Origin: an uncultured Verrucomicrobiae bacterium
Lineage (GTDB): Bacteria > Verrucomicrobiota > Verrucomicrobiia > Chthoniobacterales > JAFAMB01
Reading direction: 5' to 3'
Length of the DNA stretch: 64,000 nucleotides
Assembly: GCA_963762565.1 (NCBI GenBank)
Contig: CAVXLD010000012.1
Location: forward strand, 256,001 to 320,000
In this document: positions 19,311-29,098 of the stretch, one piece after another
How the letters are laid out: the number at the start of each line of letters is the position of its first letter
Position numbering within the stretch: position 1 is the stretch's first letter
The notes under the pieces: model-generated
What the model saw: only the letters and a program-made list of their open reading frames with translations
Databases searched by the model: none
Told to the model about the DNA's origin: nothing
Program-made: the position numbers and the translations under genes

Positions 19311-19588
19311 CTAGTGTCCTGTCCCATAAATAGCGTGGCTTTCGCCGTCGGTCAGTTGGCTGTTTTTCAAGGCGCGAGCGACGAGCATATCTAGATCGAT
19401 ACGTAAGGAGCGAGCAACGCAGAAAAACAGCCAACTGGCCACGGCCCGAAGGGTTGCGATGAAAATGGACCGGCGGCTGCGTTGCTCGTCGGTTACGTAT
19501 CAATCTAAATATGCGCTCTCCTCGCGTCTTGCCGGCGGCCCATTTTGATCGCAACGAAAGCCACGTTATTTATGGGACAGGACACTAG
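19311..19588. mobile_element. MITE with 34-bp terminal inverted repeats (including flanking CTAG) and two internal hairpins
   Basis: CTAGTGTCCTGTCCCATAAATA(G/A)CGTGGCTTTCG at both ends (33/34 match). A second copy starts at 63822. Confidence 0.88.
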
Positions 19589-19622
19589 ATGAAAGAAATC
19601 AGAACACGGCTATTAGAAATCT

Positions 19623-20495
19623 GTGCCCAGTCCTGGTCTTTGTGCGCCTTCTTGGCAATTAACTTGGCGAACAGTGGCTGAATGTACTTCTGAGGAGGTA
19701 GCAGCCTCGATCGTCCATTGTTTTCAAGGCTACCTGGTCCCCATGACGTTTTCTGTGGAAAGATATGAGGTCCGTTTTCGAGCAGAGAATCTCGACCCAT
19801 TCGCGAGCCGGCTTTATTACAGCAACGAAGCGCTGGCCGCGGCTGTGATGATCGCTCGGCGAGGATGGACTTCGCGGTTAGCTGCCATGGCGGTTGCTCC
19901 CGATTTCCGAGGGCGCGGACTGGGAAAAAATGTGATGAAGGTCACGCTGGAAGAAGCGGTTCTTCGAAAGGATCGCGGGATGATTCTCGAAGTAATCGAG
20001 CAGAATCCAGCGGCGGTCTCACTTTACAGCGCCGTCGGTTTTCGCTTGATGCGCAGGCTTGTCGGGTATGATTTCGTTCCCTCCGGTGCGGGCAATGTTG
20101 CCTCGGACCTCGACCGTCTGAACGAAATCGATCCATTAATCGTCGCGCGACTCGTCGCAGCAGAGGGTAAACCCGATTTACCATGGATGTTGATGCCTGA
20201 GACCTTAGCGGCAGCCACACCGCCGGTTCAGGCTTTTCATCTCGACGATATTGCTTTTGCCACCGTCGCGGATCCCAACGCTGAGAAGATTGTAATCCGA
20301 ACGCTTCTGGTCAGAAAGGCGCATCAGAGGCAAGGCTGGGGATCGAGACTCCTAGGTGCTCTGGAAGCACGCTTTGCGGATCGGCCAATGACGATTCCGA
20401 GTCTGGTGCCGGAAAATATGGCGCCTGGTCTTTTCCGGAGAGCCGGCTGGCAACGGCAAGCGCTTAACCAGTTCGAAATGAAAATAGAGTTTTAA
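19623..20495 (+). CDS. Tandem GNAT acetyltransferase (start uncertain)
   Basis: Two acetyl-CoA motifs, FRGRGLG and QRQGWG, plus NPAAVSLY. Confidence 0.88.
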   Translation: MPSPGLCAPSWQLTWRTVAECTSEEVAASIVHCFQGYLVPMTFSVERYEVRFRAENLDPFASRLYYSNEALAAAVMIARRGWTSRLAAMAVAPDFRGRGLGKNVMKVTLEEAVLRKDRGMILEVIEQNPAAVSLYSAVGFRLMRRLVGYDFVPSGAGNVASDLDRLNEIDPLIVARLVAAEGKPDLPWMLMPETLAAATPPVQAFHLDDIAFATVADPNAEKIVIRTLLVRKAHQRQGWGSRLLGALEARFADRPMTIPSLVPENMAPGLFRRAGWQRQALNQFEMKIEF

Positions 20496-20504
20496 CTGCT
20501 AACT

Positions 20505-20687
20505 GTGGAGCGCTGCCGCGCATGCGAGGCCGTGGTAAGCAAGGGAATGGCGTGATGCATGCCCATTTCTGATGGCGACTTGTGGCCCGACTTCCGCTCC
20601 GTCGCGCACGAAGAGCACAGCCAGTCAAAGACCCTGGTGCACTATGGGCTCTTCTCACCACGGCCTCGCAAGCGAGGCGCGCTCCAC
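20505..20687. repeat. REP/REPIN-like family D element
   Basis: GTGGAGCGC...GCGAGGCCGTGG / CCACGGCCTCGC...GCGCTCCAC. The right arm recurs near 37371-37396. Confidence 0.7.
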
Positions 20688-20701
20688 GGGTGGCGGCCCT
20701 T

Positions 20702-21865
20702 CTAGCCCTGCTTTAACAGCTCAAGAACCCGATCTACTTCGTCCTCGGTATTGTAGAAGTGCGGGCTGAACCGCAGGTAATTTATGCCTTGGCGATCTTG
20801 TCGAGGCGAACAGACCACCCGGTTTTCGCTCAATCGCTTGTGCGCCGAAGCGATGTCGCGGCCAGGGTGCGATACCGTAATGATACCGGACTGATTTGCT
20901 CGAGCATGGTTTACTCCCAACGACTCGAATCCGAGTTCTCCTAGGCCGGAAACTAATCGGTTTCTGATAGATAGAATGCGCTCCGCGATCTTCTCAATTC
21001 CGACGTCGAACAGGAGATTAATGGCGGCTTTCATCCCGGCGATCCCGGGATAATTGAGAATACCCGGTTCATAACGCTGAGCGCCCTCCACAAACTCGAT
21101 TTTATTCTGGGCGACGTAGCCCAGACCCTTGACGTTCCAGGCTCCAAGCAAGGTTGGCCGGCAAAGATCGAAGAGCTCCTTTCTTACATAAACCACACCG
21201 ATTGCTACGGGACCGAGCAACCATTTGTGCGCATCTGCACTAAGAAAATCAACGTATTCGACTGTGGTCGGGAATGCGCCCAAAGTCTGGATCGCATCTA
21301 GGCAAAAAAGAATACCGCGTCCCCGCAATACTTTACCAATGGCGGAAATATCGATCCGGAAACCCGAAATAAAGCTGCAGGAGGCAAGAGCTACGAGCTT
21401 CGTCTTGGGTGTGAGTACTCGATCCAGAGTTTCGACGGTGAGCTCTCCAACTTGCGCCGGTTCGACAAACCTGACCACAACGCCCTTTTCCCGGAGGTTT
21501 ATCCAGGGATAAACATTGGCCGGGTAGTCGTCCAAATAGCAGACGATTTCGTCACCTGGCGACCAAGTGATCCCGTTGGCGACTAGACTTAGACCTAACG
21601 AGGTGGGCCCGAGCAATGCGATTTCTTCTGTAGAGGCGTGCACCAGCCGGGCTGCTGATTCGCGGGTTTGCTGAATCAAGGCCAGCGTCTCCGGATAATC
21701 AGGGAAATCTTCTGAATGCCCTTGAATAAACCGGCTCATCGCTTCTGCGACCGGACCCGGCATTGCCGTGACTGCGGCATGCGCCATGAAAATCTTCGAT
21801 TTGGAGATCGGGAAGTATCGTTGGCGGATGGTGGTGTCCGATAATAAAGAAGTGAGCAAATCCAT
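20702..21865 (-). CDS. Class V PLP-dependent aminotransferase (cysteine desulfurase-like)
   Basis: DAIQTLG, SADAHKWLLGP and RFSPHFYNT motifs. Confidence 0.92.
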   Translation of the reverse strand: MDLLTSLLSDTTIRQRYFPISKSKIFMAHAAVTAMPGPVAEAMSRFIQGHSEDFPDYPETLALIQQTRESAARLVHASTEEIALLGPTSLGLSLVANGITWSPGDEIVCYLDDYPANVYPWINLREKGVVVRFVEPAQVGELTVETLDRVLTPKTKLVALASCSFISGFRIDISAIGKVLRGRGILFCLDAIQTLGAFPTTVEYVDFLSADAHKWLLGPVAIGVVYVRKELFDLCRPTLLGAWNVKGLGYVAQNKIEFVEGAQRYEPGILNYPGIAGMKAAINLLFDVGIEKIAERILSIRNRLVSGLGELGFESLGVNHARANQSGIITVSHPGRDIASAHKRLSENRVVCSPRQDRQGINYLRFSPHFYNTEDEVDRVLELLKQG

Positions 21866-21977
21866 TAGACCAAAGATGTACCGCGAATGGAGGCGAATAA
21901 ACGCGAATAATGTTTGAGCTCAAGCAAGGCGGCAAACGATGAACTCGCCCATGCAGGCTGAGAGGTGAGAGCGGCGT

Positions 21978-22176
21978 GGAGGGGAGCCGCTTAGTAGGTA
22001 GGCAAGCTCTATCGGTAGGTGGCAGGCGGCTCCCGGGAATGACCCAAGCCGCAAAGCTCTGCCCAATGCCTTTGGTTCTGCCTCCGGATGATAGAGCTAC
22101 CGCGCGTTGGGTTATTCGCGGGAGCCGCCTGTTGCCAACTGATAGAGTTTGCTACCCTACAAAGCGGCTCCCCTCC
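21978..22176. repeat. REP/REPIN-like family B element
   Basis: Same four arms as 5956-6201. Confidence 0.85.
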
Positions 22177-22199
22177 GCACCACCCATCTCACATCTCAG

Positions 22200-23153
22200 G
22201 TGAAACCCACCGATACTCCGACTCGCGATGATGCTGCCAATCTGGTTCGCTCGAGACTAGGCCTGGAGCCGGTCGAGATTCGGCGGTTTTTAACCGGGCT
22301 TTGTCATTACGTTTTTTCGGTGACGACCGCTGACGGGCGAAAGTTAGTGGTGCGTATGGCAACTCCTCCAACAAAACGTCTCTTAGCGGGTGGCATCTAC
22401 TGGAATGAGTTTCTGCGGCCGATTGGGGTGCCGTTACCTAGAATGATAGCAGCCAGCCTCGAGCGTTCCGAAATCCAATTTGCGTTTGTCATCCTGGAAC
22501 ACCTTCCGGGGTCCGATTTAGGCGAAGTTTATCAAAGCCTGTCTTCGCCCCAGAAACTTGAGGTCGCTAGCGAGGTGGTTCGAATTCAGAAGAAAGTGTC
22601 AGTCCTTCCCAAAGCGGGCGGGTTCGGGCTAGCGTGTTCGTACTCAGAGCCTCCGGCTTATAGCGGCTGGGAGGCAGCGATTTTAGCGATTCTTGAACGG
22701 GCGCACCAACGGATGAGCGAATTCGATCATCCGGGCAGTCTATACGTTGCCAGGCTTAGGCAAATCCTTAGCCGCTATGAGACCTACTTCACCGCCATCC
22801 AGCCGGTTCCTTTTCTGGACGATACCACAACAAAGAATGTACTAGTGGAGCAGGGCCGCCTAACCGGCGTGGTCGATGTTGACCAGCTCTGTTTCGGCGA
22901 CCCGTTGTTAACCGTCGGGTTGACCCAGACAGCCTTGCTAGCCCATGGCCATGATGTCGACTACGTCGAGCATTGGATGAATCTTCTGGAGCTTACTGAA
23001 CAGCAGCGACTGATGGTAAAGGCTTATACCCTGCTATTCTGCGTCGACTTCATGAGCGAGCTGGGACAGCGCTTTAACAAGGAGGAGCAGCCAGGGATTA
23101 ATCCGGATAAGTTTGCCCGGTTAAAGTTAATCTTTGAAACACTGGCGGAATAG
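22200..23153 (+). CDS. Aminoglycoside phosphotransferase (APH)-family kinase
   Basis: DDTTTKNVLV and GVVDVD...GDPL motifs. Confidence 0.82.
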   Translation: MKPTDTPTRDDAANLVRSRLGLEPVEIRRFLTGLCHYVFSVTTADGRKLVVRMATPPTKRLLAGGIYWNEFLRPIGVPLPRMIAASLERSEIQFAFVILEHLPGSDLGEVYQSLSSPQKLEVASEVVRIQKKVSVLPKAGGFGLACSYSEPPAYSGWEAAILAILERAHQRMSEFDHPGSLYVARLRQILSRYETYFTAIQPVPFLDDTTTKNVLVEQGRLTGVVDVDQLCFGDPLLTVGLTQTALLAHGHDVDYVEHWMNLLELTEQQRLMVKAYTLLFCVDFMSELGQRFNKEEQPGINPDKFARLKLIFETLAE

Positions 23154-23161
23154 CATACCCG

Positions 23162-23827
23162 GTGACGCTAGAGAGCATGCAAACGAATTCAGAAAATGTT
23201 AATCCCAAGCTCGTCTTGTTCGATATCGGCGGCGTGATAATCGACCTCGATTTTTCGGATGCGCGAACGACGTTGGAGTCCGAATACCTGATGGACCCCG
23301 AATCGTTTTTGGAGCTAACTAGATCCAGCTTCAAGGCGCAGGTGCTTTCCGTTACGGAGAAGGCTATGATAGGCACAATCGGAACGGACGAATACCTGCT
23401 GGCGTTTCAAAAAGCCTGTAAACGCCCAGTGCCAGTGGAGACCGTCCAGCGACTCCGTACGAGCATGCTTGGTCCGGAGAGACCGGAGATGCTGGCATTT
23501 CTGCAGGAGTTGAGGAAAGAGATCCGTCTTGCCGCGTTCACTAACACAATCGAATTGCACTGGAGCCTGCTTACTGACCCAAGGAATTACCGGTTTCCCC
23601 AGCTGTTCGAGACGGTTTTTGCTTCTCATTTAATCGGGGAAGCGAAACCTTCGAGACAATCATTTAGCACGGTATTGGACGCCCTTGGTCTTAGCCCGGA
23701 AGAGGTGGTTTTTATCGATGATTCCGAGGCGAACGTTTCGGGAGCCTCTCAACTCGGGATCAAGGGAATTGTTTTTAAGAATTTAGGGTCGCTGCGCGAA
23801 GAATTGCGACAATACATGAATCTGTAA
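23162..23827 (+). CDS. HAD-family phosphatase
   Basis: FDIGGV, TNT, KP and FIDDSEANV motifs. Confidence 0.92.
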   Translation: MTLESMQTNSENVNPKLVLFDIGGVIIDLDFSDARTTLESEYLMDPESFLELTRSSFKAQVLSVTEKAMIGTIGTDEYLLAFQKACKRPVPVETVQRLRTSMLGPERPEMLAFLQELRKEIRLAAFTNTIELHWSLLTDPRNYRFPQLFETVFASHLIGEAKPSRQSFSTVLDALGLSPEEVVFIDDSEANVSGASQLGIKGIVFKNLGSLREELRQYMNL

Positions 23828-24278
23828 ATGGATTGGGGTCAGATTACCTTTCGCCTGGCCAACCGAGAGGACATGCCCTTCTTGCTGGATTTGCGCCAGC
23901 AAACGATGAACCCGCATTTACTTGCATCGGGTGTAACCCCGTCCGTGGCGGAGCATGAGCGACGGATTCTTTTTCGATTCGATTGCGCGGAGATCATTGA
24001 GCTTGGCGGTGGGGCGATCGGCCTCTTAAAGATCGTTCGCGATGGGAAAGACTGGTGTCTAATCCAAATTCAGTTGAAGCCGGGGTTGCAAGGCCAAGGC
24101 CTTTGGTACTCAGCTTATACAATCGCTCATTGACGAAGCCCGGAAGGCGGAAGCGTCTTTGAGCCTCCAGGTGCTTAAGGCGAATCCAGCGCGTCGTTTG
24201 TATGAGAGGCTTGGATTTGCGGTGCTCACGGAGACCACGCATGCCTATCAAATGCGGTTGGAACGCCACGTTTTGTAG
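23828..24278 (+). pseudogene. GNAT acetyltransferase with a 1-nt insertion frameshift
   Basis: QGQGL then a frame switch at CTTTGG (~24102). The other frame continues GTQLIQ...LQVLKANPARRLYERLGF to TAG at 24276-24278. Confidence 0.85.
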
Positions 24279-24451
24279 CTCTGAACCGCACTGGCGTTCT
24301 GTTGCGCTCTCAGCACCCCAACCCGCTACGCGGGTTCATTCCGACTTGGCGCACTACCTCAACACTCGATTACTCCATTACTCCGCTCGGCCGTATTCGA
24401 GAACGAGGACGACGACGAGAACGAAATGCCCGGTGTGCGCAGCCTAGCCGC

Positions 24452-24817
24452 CTACCGCTCGTTTTTCGTGCGTTCCCCTTCTTCGATGAGCTTCCAAAAA
24501 CCGGTGCTTTGTTCTAACTGTTCGTCCTCGGCCAAGGGTAACTTCGATCGAAACAGGAAATCGCCGATTGTGTTTTTATGAAGGACGCGATGGACCAGAA
24601 TCCCTTCCACGGTGCGAGCGAAGTAGATTCGATAGTCGCTGGCTCGATAACGGTAGAGTTTTTTACCTTCCCGTTCGATCACGCCGAAAGCCTTTGAATC
24701 CAGATGATCGAGGTTTTCCGGTAGAAACTGAAACTCAGCTAGCAACTCCAGTTGCAGTTTTTTCGGGATCTTAGCCATCTCAGCCGCGCTGATCTCGTTA
24801 AAAACAATCTGGTACAT
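24452..24817 (-). CDS. RelE/ParE-fold protein
   Basis: MYQIVFN...LYRYRASDYRIYF...VHRVLH pattern. Confidence 0.7.
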   Translation of the reverse strand: MYQIVFNEISAAEMAKIPKKLQLELLAEFQFLPENLDHLDSKAFGVIEREGKKLYRYRASDYRIYFARTVEGILVHRVLHKNTIGDFLFRSKLPLAEDEQLEQSTGFWKLIEEGERTKNER

Positions 24818-25028
24818 GGCGTGTTCGAAAGGTAGCACAGGTCGTTAACACTGCATGCGGCCAGTGGTTCGCAACTGAAAACTTCATCTTTAAAAGTCGG
24901 CCGAGCGACGCCGCCGTAGAGCCTGCGTGGATATTTGCAGCTGGTCGCGCCAACGATGCTCTTATGAGTGATAAAACAATTCTGTAATCTGTTAGACAGA
25001 ATAGCGTCTTGCCACTATTGTTTTTCTT

Positions 25029-25250
25029 ATGCCGATGGTGGAGGAGATACAGAAATTGTTGCAGGCAGAGCCTTTTGTCCCGTTTTCAATCGCGACGGAT
25101 GACGGCACTGTGCGTCCGGTCCAAAGCCGTGACCACGCCTTGATCGGCAGAACTCATCTGGTGTTATTGGACAGCCTCCGAAACATCGAACTGATTAACC
25201 GGCGCAAAATAACCAGTGTTTCGATAAAAGAAGAGGGTTGGCAGCCATAA
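25029..25250 (+). CDS. Small hypothetical protein (PFxPFxI...DG type)
   Basis: 73-aa ORF in an AT-richer intergenic context with a plausible globular sequence. Confidence 0.6.
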   Translation: MPMVEEIQKLLQAEPFVPFSIATDDGTVRPVQSRDHALIGRTHLVLLDSLRNIELINRRKITSVSIKEEGWQP

Positions 25251-25293
25251 GTTTTTCCATAACGGCTAAAGGCCATCTCAGGTTTTGTGACTT

Positions 25294-25944
25294 TCAGGCG
25301 TGTTCATTGGCCTCCGTTTTTCCGGCGGCGGCAGCGGCCAGCCGTTCGCCCAGTTTCCTCCGCTGGTTACCGTACCAAAGCGACCAACCCAACAGGCCGA
25401 AATAGATGCTGTAACTGATGATCGGTGAAATCACGAGGAACAGCCCAGTTGGAATGGTAAAGGCCAAAATAATCTTCAGGGTAGCTTCAACCAGGAGACC
25501 GACACCCCATACGACCGTCATCAGGTAAAAGGTGAAACGGAAACCAGGAATCGACCAGCGGGATGCGAACACTTCTCCGTTCGTCCCCTGTCTTGTGACG
25601 GTCGTTTTGGCGAGGTAGAACAGCAAAGGTCTGGGAGAGAGTAGTGATCCCAGGAAAACCAGACCGAAAATTCCGGTGATAAACGATTCACGAATCAAGA
25701 GTAAACGCGGCCTGCCGCCGAGAAGAGTGGCGACCAGCGTTAACGCGATTCCGGAGATCACCAATAGGCTGAGGGCATCGAGTTTCCGGCTCCAAATTAT
25801 TTGTCCGATGCTCCAAAGGATGGGTGGCGCTGCCGAGACGATGAGCGCCGCAGTCTCTGACATGTGCCCTGTGGCCAATTGATAGACCAGGAACGGTCCA
25901 CCCAGGTTAACTACGAAGTCTAATGCCACGAATACTCGGCCCAT
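25294..25944 (-). CDS. VC0807-like membrane protein
   Basis: Multiple TM helices with LIRESFITG and RPLLFY motifs. Confidence 0.8.
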   Translation of the reverse strand: MGRVFVALDFVVNLGGPFLVYQLATGHMSETAALIVSAAPPILWSIGQIIWSRKLDALSLLVISGIALTLVATLLGGRPRLLLIRESFITGIFGLVFLGSLLSPRPLLFYLAKTTVTRQGTNGEVFASRWSIPGFRFTFYLMTVVWGVGLLVEATLKIILAFTIPTGLFLVISPIISYSIYFGLLGWSLWYGNQRRKLGERLAAAAAGKTEANEHA

Positions 25945-26123
25945 CCGATCAAAGACTCACGCAAAGGTGCAAAGACGCAATGGAAACAGAAGAGATATTA
26001 AACACAAAGCAGATTTCGCCCCATCTCCCCGTTTAGCTACGTCGGTCAGGGACGCGAACACAAAAGACACCAAGTAGGAATTTTGTCATTTGCCATTTCT
26101 TCTGTGTCATTTCTCATTCCCTC

Positions 26124-26768
26124 ATGCGTCTTTCTCTCCTGCTTAGCCTATTCCTGGCAATACCTGCTTTCGCTCAACTGAAATGGGAAACAATGGAGCA
26201 ATCCCTGAAGGCGAAACCTGGCGACCGCGAGATTGTGGCCACTTATCGGTTCACCAACACCGGAACCACTCCGATTACGATCGATAATGTCCATACCTCT
26301 TGCGGCTGCACGACTGCGGCTCTGGCGAAGAATGATTATGCGCCGGGCGAATCCGGACAAATCGTAGCGCGGATGGACATCGCCAAGAGAACCGGACATC
26401 AAGAAAAGTCGATCGTGGTGACCACAAAACAGAATCCGAGATCGCCCACGGTCTTGCGGCTGCTGGCTGATATCCCGGAGGCGGTGGTGATGAAACCGAC
26501 ATTCGTGATGTGGGCGCTGGGAGAGACCCCAAAACCGAAGACAATCGATATCAAAGTCACTGACGGATTCCCGGTGAAATTGCTCAAGGTCGATTCTGAT
26601 AATCCGGATATCAAAGTGGATGTAAGCGAAGTTCGTCCGGGCGTAGAACTGGAAGTGAAGGTGACCCCGAAAGACACCTCACGTCCGGAGATGGCCACGT
26701 TGCTGATCAGAACCAATTATCCGTCTGACAACCCGCAAACCTACTACGCTTACGTCAAGGTCAAATGA
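26124..26768 (+). CDS. DUF1573 domain secreted protein
   Basis: Signal peptide and FTNTG..PITI..V.TSCGCT motif. Confidence 0.88.
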   Translation: MRLSLLLSLFLAIPAFAQLKWETMEQSLKAKPGDREIVATYRFTNTGTTPITIDNVHTSCGCTTAALAKNDYAPGESGQIVARMDIAKRTGHQEKSIVVTTKQNPRSPTVLRLLADIPEAVVMKPTFVMWALGETPKPKTIDIKVTDGFPVKLLKVDSDNPDIKVDVSEVRPGVELEVKVTPKDTSRPEMATLLIRTNYPSDNPQTYYAYVKVK

Positions 26769-27187
26769 CGGCCCTAAGGCAAGCTGGATTGATCTTGTTG
26801 ATCGCGGTAGGGCTAGCCGGTGTGACGGCGGCAATTCGTCCACAGCGGCCCTCGTTCTTAGCACCCCCACGAGATTCGAACGAGGTCACCCTAGCTCAGA
26901 TAAAACAATGGGCAGGGGCGGTTTTGTGGGTAGATGCGCGCTCTGAGCCGGAGTTCGCGTCCGAGCACGTGCCAGATGCCATTTGTTTGAACTTCGACAA
27001 CTGGACCGAAGAATTCCCAAAGTTTCTTGATCGGTATACCGCTGGCCAGCGAGTCGTCGTTTACTGTAGCGCGACATCGTGCCAATTGAGCCGCGAGATC
27101 GCCTCCAAGCTAAGGGCTAGCGGAGTGGACGACGCTTACTTTCTGGAAGGAGGCTGGGAAGCTTGGAAACAGCAGAACCGCCCATGA
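26765..27187 (+). CDS. Membrane-anchored rhodanese-like protein
   Basis: VDARS..EF..EHVPDA, VYCSATSC and LEGGWEAW motifs. Confidence 0.9.
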   Translation: MTALRQAGLILLIAVGLAGVTAAIRPQRPSFLAPPRDSNEVTLAQIKQWAGAVLWVDARSEPEFASEHVPDAICLNFDNWTEEFPKFLDRYTAGQRVVVYCSATSCQLSREIASKLRASGVDDAYFLEGGWEAWKQQNRP

Positions 27188-27630
27188 GCACGGTAACCCA
27201 ATCGATTGCCGGCCGCCCGATTGTGCGCGTGGCTCGCATGGCACTTCGCTTTTTGATAGCGGCGCTCTTGTTATTTGCCGCCGTTACCAAGTTGGTCGAT
27301 CCAAGCTCGTTTGCCCAACAGATCGCGAATTATCAGCTGACGCCCTGGCCTGCCACCGCCGTCCTCGCCGTTTTCCTTCCGCCTTTGGAGCTGTGCGTAG
27401 GGATTTGCCTGTTGATCGGGCGATGGGAGAGCGGAGCGCTGATTTGGCTGGCAACCTTGCTCACGATATTTTCCGGCGCATTGCTCAGCGCTATTATCCG
27501 CGGCCTGAGCATCGATTGCGGTTGTTTCGGGCGCTCGGTTGAAAACACCGGTACCCTTTGGCCGCTAATTCGGAACCTGGCGTTATTGGGTGTAACTGGG
27601 TTTCTTTGGGTTTCGCGGAAGAGGAAATGA
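27184..27630 (+). CDS. MauE/DoxX-family membrane protein
   Basis: KLVDP..FA..IANY, RGLSIDCGCFG and LIRNL motifs. Confidence 0.9.
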   Translation: MSTVTQSIAGRPIVRVARMALRFLIAALLLFAAVTKLVDPSSFAQQIANYQLTPWPATAVLAVFLPPLELCVGICLLIGRWESGALIWLATLLTIFSGALLSAIIRGLSIDCGCFGRSVENTGTLWPLIRNLALLGVTGFLWVSRKRK

Positions 27631-27660
27631 TGATCGCCTTGCGATGCGGGCGGATGCCCG

Positions 27661-27840
27661 GGGAGGGATCGCTGCCTGTCCGACATAGCCTTCTATCTGC
27701 CGGTCTTTCTTACAGGCGTTGGCGACGTCGGATCCCCGGGATCTGCTGTTAACAAGCCGGGCACGTGTTTTAATCGCGGACGAAAATACACCTTTGTATT
27801 GCGGCACACCTTCGCGGCGCGCGGGGACGCGCGCCCTCCC
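27661..27840. repeat. REP/REPIN-like family C element
   Basis: GGGAGGGATCGC...GCGCGCCCTCCC arms, also at 44193-44344 and 58455-58576. Confidence 0.75.
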
Positions 27841-27921
27841 TGCCGGGGGCCAGAATCGACCCCTTTTCCACCCCCCTTTTTTTTATTTGTCATCGGTCAT
27901 TTGTCATTTGTCATTCTTCGT

Positions 27922-29019
27922 ATGACACCTCCCCATCGCTGTTGGGCTGAAATTGATCTGGGCGCTCTAGCGGCCAATCTCTCGCAACTGAAGCAGCGAG
28001 TGCCTCCCGAGGTGCAGTTCGCTGCGGTAATCAAGGCCGATGCCTACGGGCACGGACTGCAGCCGGTGGCCACCGCCTTAAAGGATCAAGTCGATCTATT
28101 GGCGGTGGCCAACGCGGCTGAAGCTGAAGAGATCAGACGGGCCGGTGTCCAAACTCCGATTATGATTCTTGGCCCGGCTATTTCGGAAGAACTTCCCATT
28201 GTGGTTCGGGAGCGATTCATCCCAACTCTTTCGACCGCCGAAGAAGGTCGTCGCTTAGCGGATCTGGTGACCAGCGCACCGTTGGATGTGCATTTTGTAT
28301 TGGACACCGGCATGGGTCGGATCGGCCTTTGGAATGGGGAAGCCGTTGAAGAGTTTCGCCGCCTGACTCAGTTGCCTCAGCTCCGGGTTACTGCTCTCTC
28401 TTCGCATCTGCCGGTTGCCGACGAAGACGGTGAATATACTTCCGATCAACTCGACCGATTCCGTCGCGAGGCTGAACAGCTTTCGGGAACCTTACCTGCA
28501 ACCATCTTAAATAGCGCGGCCGTATTGCGTTTCGGTGACACTGCGCGAGCCGGAGATGTGGTGAGGACCGGTCTGGCTCTATACGGGATTTGCCCGCTGC
28601 CGGAATTTCAGTCGCTCTTTCGTCCGGTTCTATCCTTGAAAACCAGGGTGGTGCTGATCCGGACCTTGCAAGCCGGCCGAACAATCAGTTACGGGCGAAC
28701 CTTTACGACCGGCCGCGAAACCAAGGTAGCGACCATCGGAGCGGGTTACGGCGACGGTTATCCACGTCATTTATCGAACGTTGGCGCCGAGGTCTTAATC
28801 CAGGGACACCGTTGTCCGGTTCTCGGTAGAGTTACCATGGATCAAACCATGGTCGATGTTTCCGGATTGGCATCGGTAAACATCGGTGACGAAGTTGTGC
28901 TCATCGGCCGGCAAGGTGCCGAAGAGATTCTGGCTTCAGAGCTAGCACAAAAGTCAGGGACTATCACTTGGGAGATTTTTACAGGAATCACAAAACGCGT
29001 TGTCCGCGTGTACCGGTAA
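27922..29019 (+). CDS. alr: Alanine racemase
   Basis: AVIKADAYGHG, DTGMGRIG, GYGDGY and GRVTMDQ motifs. Confidence 0.97.
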   Translation: MTPPHRCWAEIDLGALAANLSQLKQRVPPEVQFAAVIKADAYGHGLQPVATALKDQVDLLAVANAAEAEEIRRAGVQTPIMILGPAISEELPIVVRERFIPTLSTAEEGRRLADLVTSAPLDVHFVLDTGMGRIGLWNGEAVEEFRRLTQLPQLRVTALSSHLPVADEDGEYTSDQLDRFRREAEQLSGTLPATILNSAAVLRFGDTARAGDVVRTGLALYGICPLPEFQSLFRPVLSLKTRVVLIRTLQAGRTISYGRTFTTGRETKVATIGAGYGDGYPRHLSNVGAEVLIQGHRCPVLGRVTMDQTMVDVSGLASVNIGDEVVLIGRQGAEEILASELAQKSGTITWEIFTGITKRVVRVYR

Positions 29020-29068
29020 CCTGGCCGATAAATCGCTGCACCCCCAAAAATCGTAGTTGACGCACGCT

Positions 29069-29089
29069 TCTAATGAGATTGATTCTCAA
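29069..29089 (+). promoter_or_regulatory. Fur-box-like operator
   Basis: TGAGATT-G-ATTCTCA (7-1-7 arrangement), 13/19 match to GATAATGATAATCATTATC. It lies just downstream of TTGACG and upstream of an iron permease. Confidence 0.7.
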
Positions 29090-29098
29090 CTACAAGCG

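Noticed and set aside
19045..19554. ORFs across the MITE (also 63691-63945)
   Set aside because: No transposase motifs. The open frames arise from the repeat itself.
22200..23153. APH-family kinase as the thrB missing from hom-thrC-lysC
   Set aside because: Unlinked to the operon, and nothing beyond fold-level similarity supports it.
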